The notes under the pieces are model-generated. The model did no database searches. It saw nothing but the letters and a program-made list of their open reading frames with translations, and was not told the DNA's origin. 64,000 bases of DNA from positions 18,662,001 to 18,726,000 of the forward strand of contig NC_045713.1 of the NCBI RefSeq assembly GCF_009834535.1, written 5' to 3'. The stretch's first letter is position 1, and each line of letters begins with the position of its first letter. The stretch is from Camelus ferus. Taxonomy: Eukaryota. The position numbers and the translations under genes were made by a program. Shown piece by piece: positions 61,630-64,000 of the stretch.

Positions 61630-61716
61630 GAGAGTCAGGCCTGGGAAAATCCACCCTCATCAACAGCCTGTTTCTCACCAACCTCTATGAGGATCGGCAA
61701 GTACCAGAGGCCAGTG
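61630..61716 (+). CDS. SEPTIN1: SEPTIN1 exon 3 (P-loop G1)
   Basis: [29 protein letters not shown], 87 nt. Confidence 0.96.
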
Positions 61717-61956
61717 GTAAGACAGCCCCACCCCATGCTCTCCAGGCACTCTGATCCCTCCTGTGTCCCCAGGCTGCACTCTTTTCCTTCCCATCTGGGT
61801 CTCCCATGATGTTCTGGGGGACTCAGGCAGCTCTCTGATTTTCTCTGAGACCCAGTCTCCTCCACTGAAAAATGTGTGGGGGCAACTGAGAGCCTAAGGA
61901 AATCAGTCCTGCCTCAGACCCCTACCTAGCTCCCTGATGTCTCCCCATCCTCATAG

Positions 61957-62080
61957 CCCGCTTGACACAAACCCTGACCATCGAGCGTCAGGGTGTGGAA
62001 ATCGAGGAGGGAGGTATTAAAGTGAAGCTGACCTTGGTGGACACACCTGGCTTTGGGGACTCAGTGGATTGTTCAGACTG
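61957..62080 (+). CDS. SEPTIN1: SEPTIN1 exon 4 (G3 DTPG)
   Basis: ARLTQTLTIERQGVEIEEGGIKVKLTLVDTPGFGDSVDCSD, 124 nt. Confidence 0.96.
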
Positions 62081-62387
62081 GTAAGGAGTAGGGGAGGGTA
62101 TGGGGCTCAGCTTCCCAACGTGGCTATTCTGTGGGGACTGAGGGGTTAGATACAGGGCTGGTCTACCCTGGCTGCCCCAACCCTGATCCCAAAGGTGGGG
62201 CCCATTTCTGGTGGCCTTGTGGCCCAAAGTGCCCATTGCTTTCCGACATCTCACCTGCCAGTTTCCTCTGATGTCTTTGGTTGGAGCCAAAGAAACTACT
62301 TCCCACCCCCACAGTCCTGGCTCCCCTGCCCCCTTCCCTGCCTGTGGTCCCTGATCTCTGACTGCCTGCTCTCTCTCCACGCCCCAG

Positions 62388-62522
62388 CTGGCTGCCCGTG
62401 GTGCGCTTCATTGAGGAGCAATTTGAGCAGTATCTTCGGGATGAGAGTGGCCTGAACCGGAAGAACATTCAGGATACCCGTGTCCACTGCTGCCTCTATT
62501 TCATCTCACCCTTTGGCCGGGG
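62388..62522 (+). CDS. SEPTIN1: SEPTIN1 exon 5
   Basis: [45 protein letters not shown], 135 nt. Confidence 0.96.
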
Positions 62523-62615
62523 GTCTGGAGGGCACCCTGGGGGTTGGGGCATTTGGGAGGGATGAGGGGGGATCTCTGTACCTGAGACTGAGATGGGACC
62601 AATCCCTGGGTGCAG

Positions 62616-62733
62616 GCTCCGGCCTCTAGATGTGGCCTTCCTCCGGGCGGTGCACGAGAAGGTCAACATCATTCCGGTCATTGGCAAAGCAGATGCCCTG
62701 ATGCCTAAGGAAACACAGGCCCTCAAGCAGAAG
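62616..62733 (+). CDS. SEPTIN1: SEPTIN1 exon 6 (G4 GKAD)
   Basis: GLRPLDVAFLRAVHEKVNIIPVIGKADALMPKETQALKQK, 118 nt. Confidence 0.96.
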
Positions 62734-63371
62734 GTGTGTGTGGTGGCCTCTGACCTTTGGCCCCACATGAAGCCAGAAGTCATGATCAAACCCATACTCA
62801 GCTTTTGACTTCTTTGATCTTGGGGTAGCCTTTTTGGAGCTTGATGTGTCAGGCTAGATTGTGGGAGGTTTCTGAGAAAGGTGGGACATAAGCTGCCTAA
62901 GGGAGCCATGTCTCTGGAGGCTCAGAATAGAATCCCTAGACTGGATGCTTGGCTAAGGCCTGTATGAGGGCAGGGACATAGACATGATGACCCCCTTTTA
63001 TCTCTCTGCCCCGGGGTGCTGACCACCTTCCCAGCCCCAGTGTCTTTGGAGCCCTCTCCCATGTGCCTGCTTATGTTTTTCTCTCCTGGTCTTTTGGTGT
63101 CCGCACTTCTTAGAAACTTCCCAGGCATCTGTCTTCCCTGTTAGGGTAACTGTTTGTCTCAGTTTTGCATCATCTAGGTCTCTGCCTTTCATTGTCTTGA
63201 GATTTTGTTTTCAGTCATCCTGTATATCCATCTCACCATCTGTGTCTTTCATGTCTTCCTCTGTCTCTACCAACCCCTATCTGTATCTGTATCTCACTCT
63301 CTGTGGTCATGTAATTTCTGTGGCTTACAGCCTCTGTGTTTCTCACTATCTCTGCATCTGTCTTTTTTAAG

Positions 63372-63473
63372 ATCCGGGACCAGTTGAGGGAGGAGGAGAT
63401 CAACATCTACCAGTTCCCTGATTGTGACTCTGATGAAGATGAAGACTTCAAGAGGCAGGATGCAGAGATGAAG
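63372..63473 (+). CDS. SEPTIN1: SEPTIN1 exon 7
   Basis: [34 protein letters not shown], 102 nt, tttttaag acceptor. Confidence 0.95.
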
Positions 63474-63589
63474 GTGCAGAGGCAAAGGAGGAAGGGGCAG
63501 AGAAGCAGGGGAGGCAGATGTGGAAGTGGGAGCCAAGAAGTTTCTGCCCAAGGGGGGCCAAGGATGATTCCCTGACTACTGCCCTCTAG

Positions 63590-63689
63590 GAAAGCATTCC
63601 TTTCGCAGTCGTCGGTTCATGTGAAGTAGTGAGGGATGACGGGCCCCGACCGGTGAGGGGACGACGCTACTCCTGGGGCACCGTGGAGG
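63590..63689 (+). CDS. SEPTIN1: SEPTIN1 exon 8 (septin unique element start)
   Basis: ESIPFAVVGSCEVVRDDGPRPVRGRRYSWGTVE, 100 nt. Confidence 0.96.
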
Positions 63690-63933
63690 GTGAGTAAGCC
63701 GGGACATGTGTTCTGAGGCCAGCAAGCAGCCCAGGCCGTCTCCAAGTCAGCCACATCCAACATGTGAAGTTGGGGCAAGCTCTGGTCCCAGGGATCCTAG
63801 GAGCCGAAAGAGGGGTCCTTGGGCAGCAAACTGCGGACCCTCGGCTACAGCGGCGGCAGGGCTTTGGGGCGACCCGACCCAGCTGATGAGGCTGGACCAC
63901 AAGCTCCCTGACGCTCGCCGGTCCGCCCCCCAG

Positions 63934-64000
63934 TGGAGAACCCCCATCACTGCGATTTCCTGAACCTGCGACGGATGCTGGTACAGACACACCTGCAGGA
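63934..64000 (+). CDS. SEPTIN1: SEPTIN1 exon 9, truncated by the window edge
   Basis: VENPHHCDFLNLRRMLVQTHLQ. Confidence 0.95.

Overview
Mammalian genomic DNA syntenic to human 16p11.2, in reverse order. Genes left to right: ITGAL (minus; coding exons 1-6, remainder beyond the left edge), SEPHS2 (plus; single coding exon with an in-frame UGA read as selenocysteine and a 3' SECIS), DCTPP1 (plus; 3 exons), ZNF771 (minus; 2 coding exons), ZNF48 (minus; 2 coding exons) and SEPTIN1 (plus; exons 1-9, remainder beyond the right edge). The dominant young SINE is a tRNA-derived GGGG..TATAGCTCAGTGGTAGAG..CATGCTTAGCATGCA family, and I saw no Alu, B1 or Bov-A copies. This suggests a camelid (inference from recalled Vic-1-type SINEs, not verified). 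The ORF track splits SEPHS2 at its Sec codon. Most other long ORFs in the track are GC-rich or N-run artefacts. The most notable sequence-level observations are: a complete SEPHS2 recoding set (UGA, a hairpin 9 nt downstream, a type-II SECIS); a candidate 84-nt 5'-UTR intron in this retrogene; a poly(A)-tailed LTR fragment carrying the first canonical AATAAA after the DCTPP1 stop; an orphan CpG promoter-like element with TCTCGCGAGA and CCAAT boxes between ZNF771 and ZNF48; convergent related LTRs upstream of ITGAL; and divergently oriented CTCF-like motifs. I did not find an unambiguously new biological system. Gene names and repeat classes come from recalled homology, not from a search.
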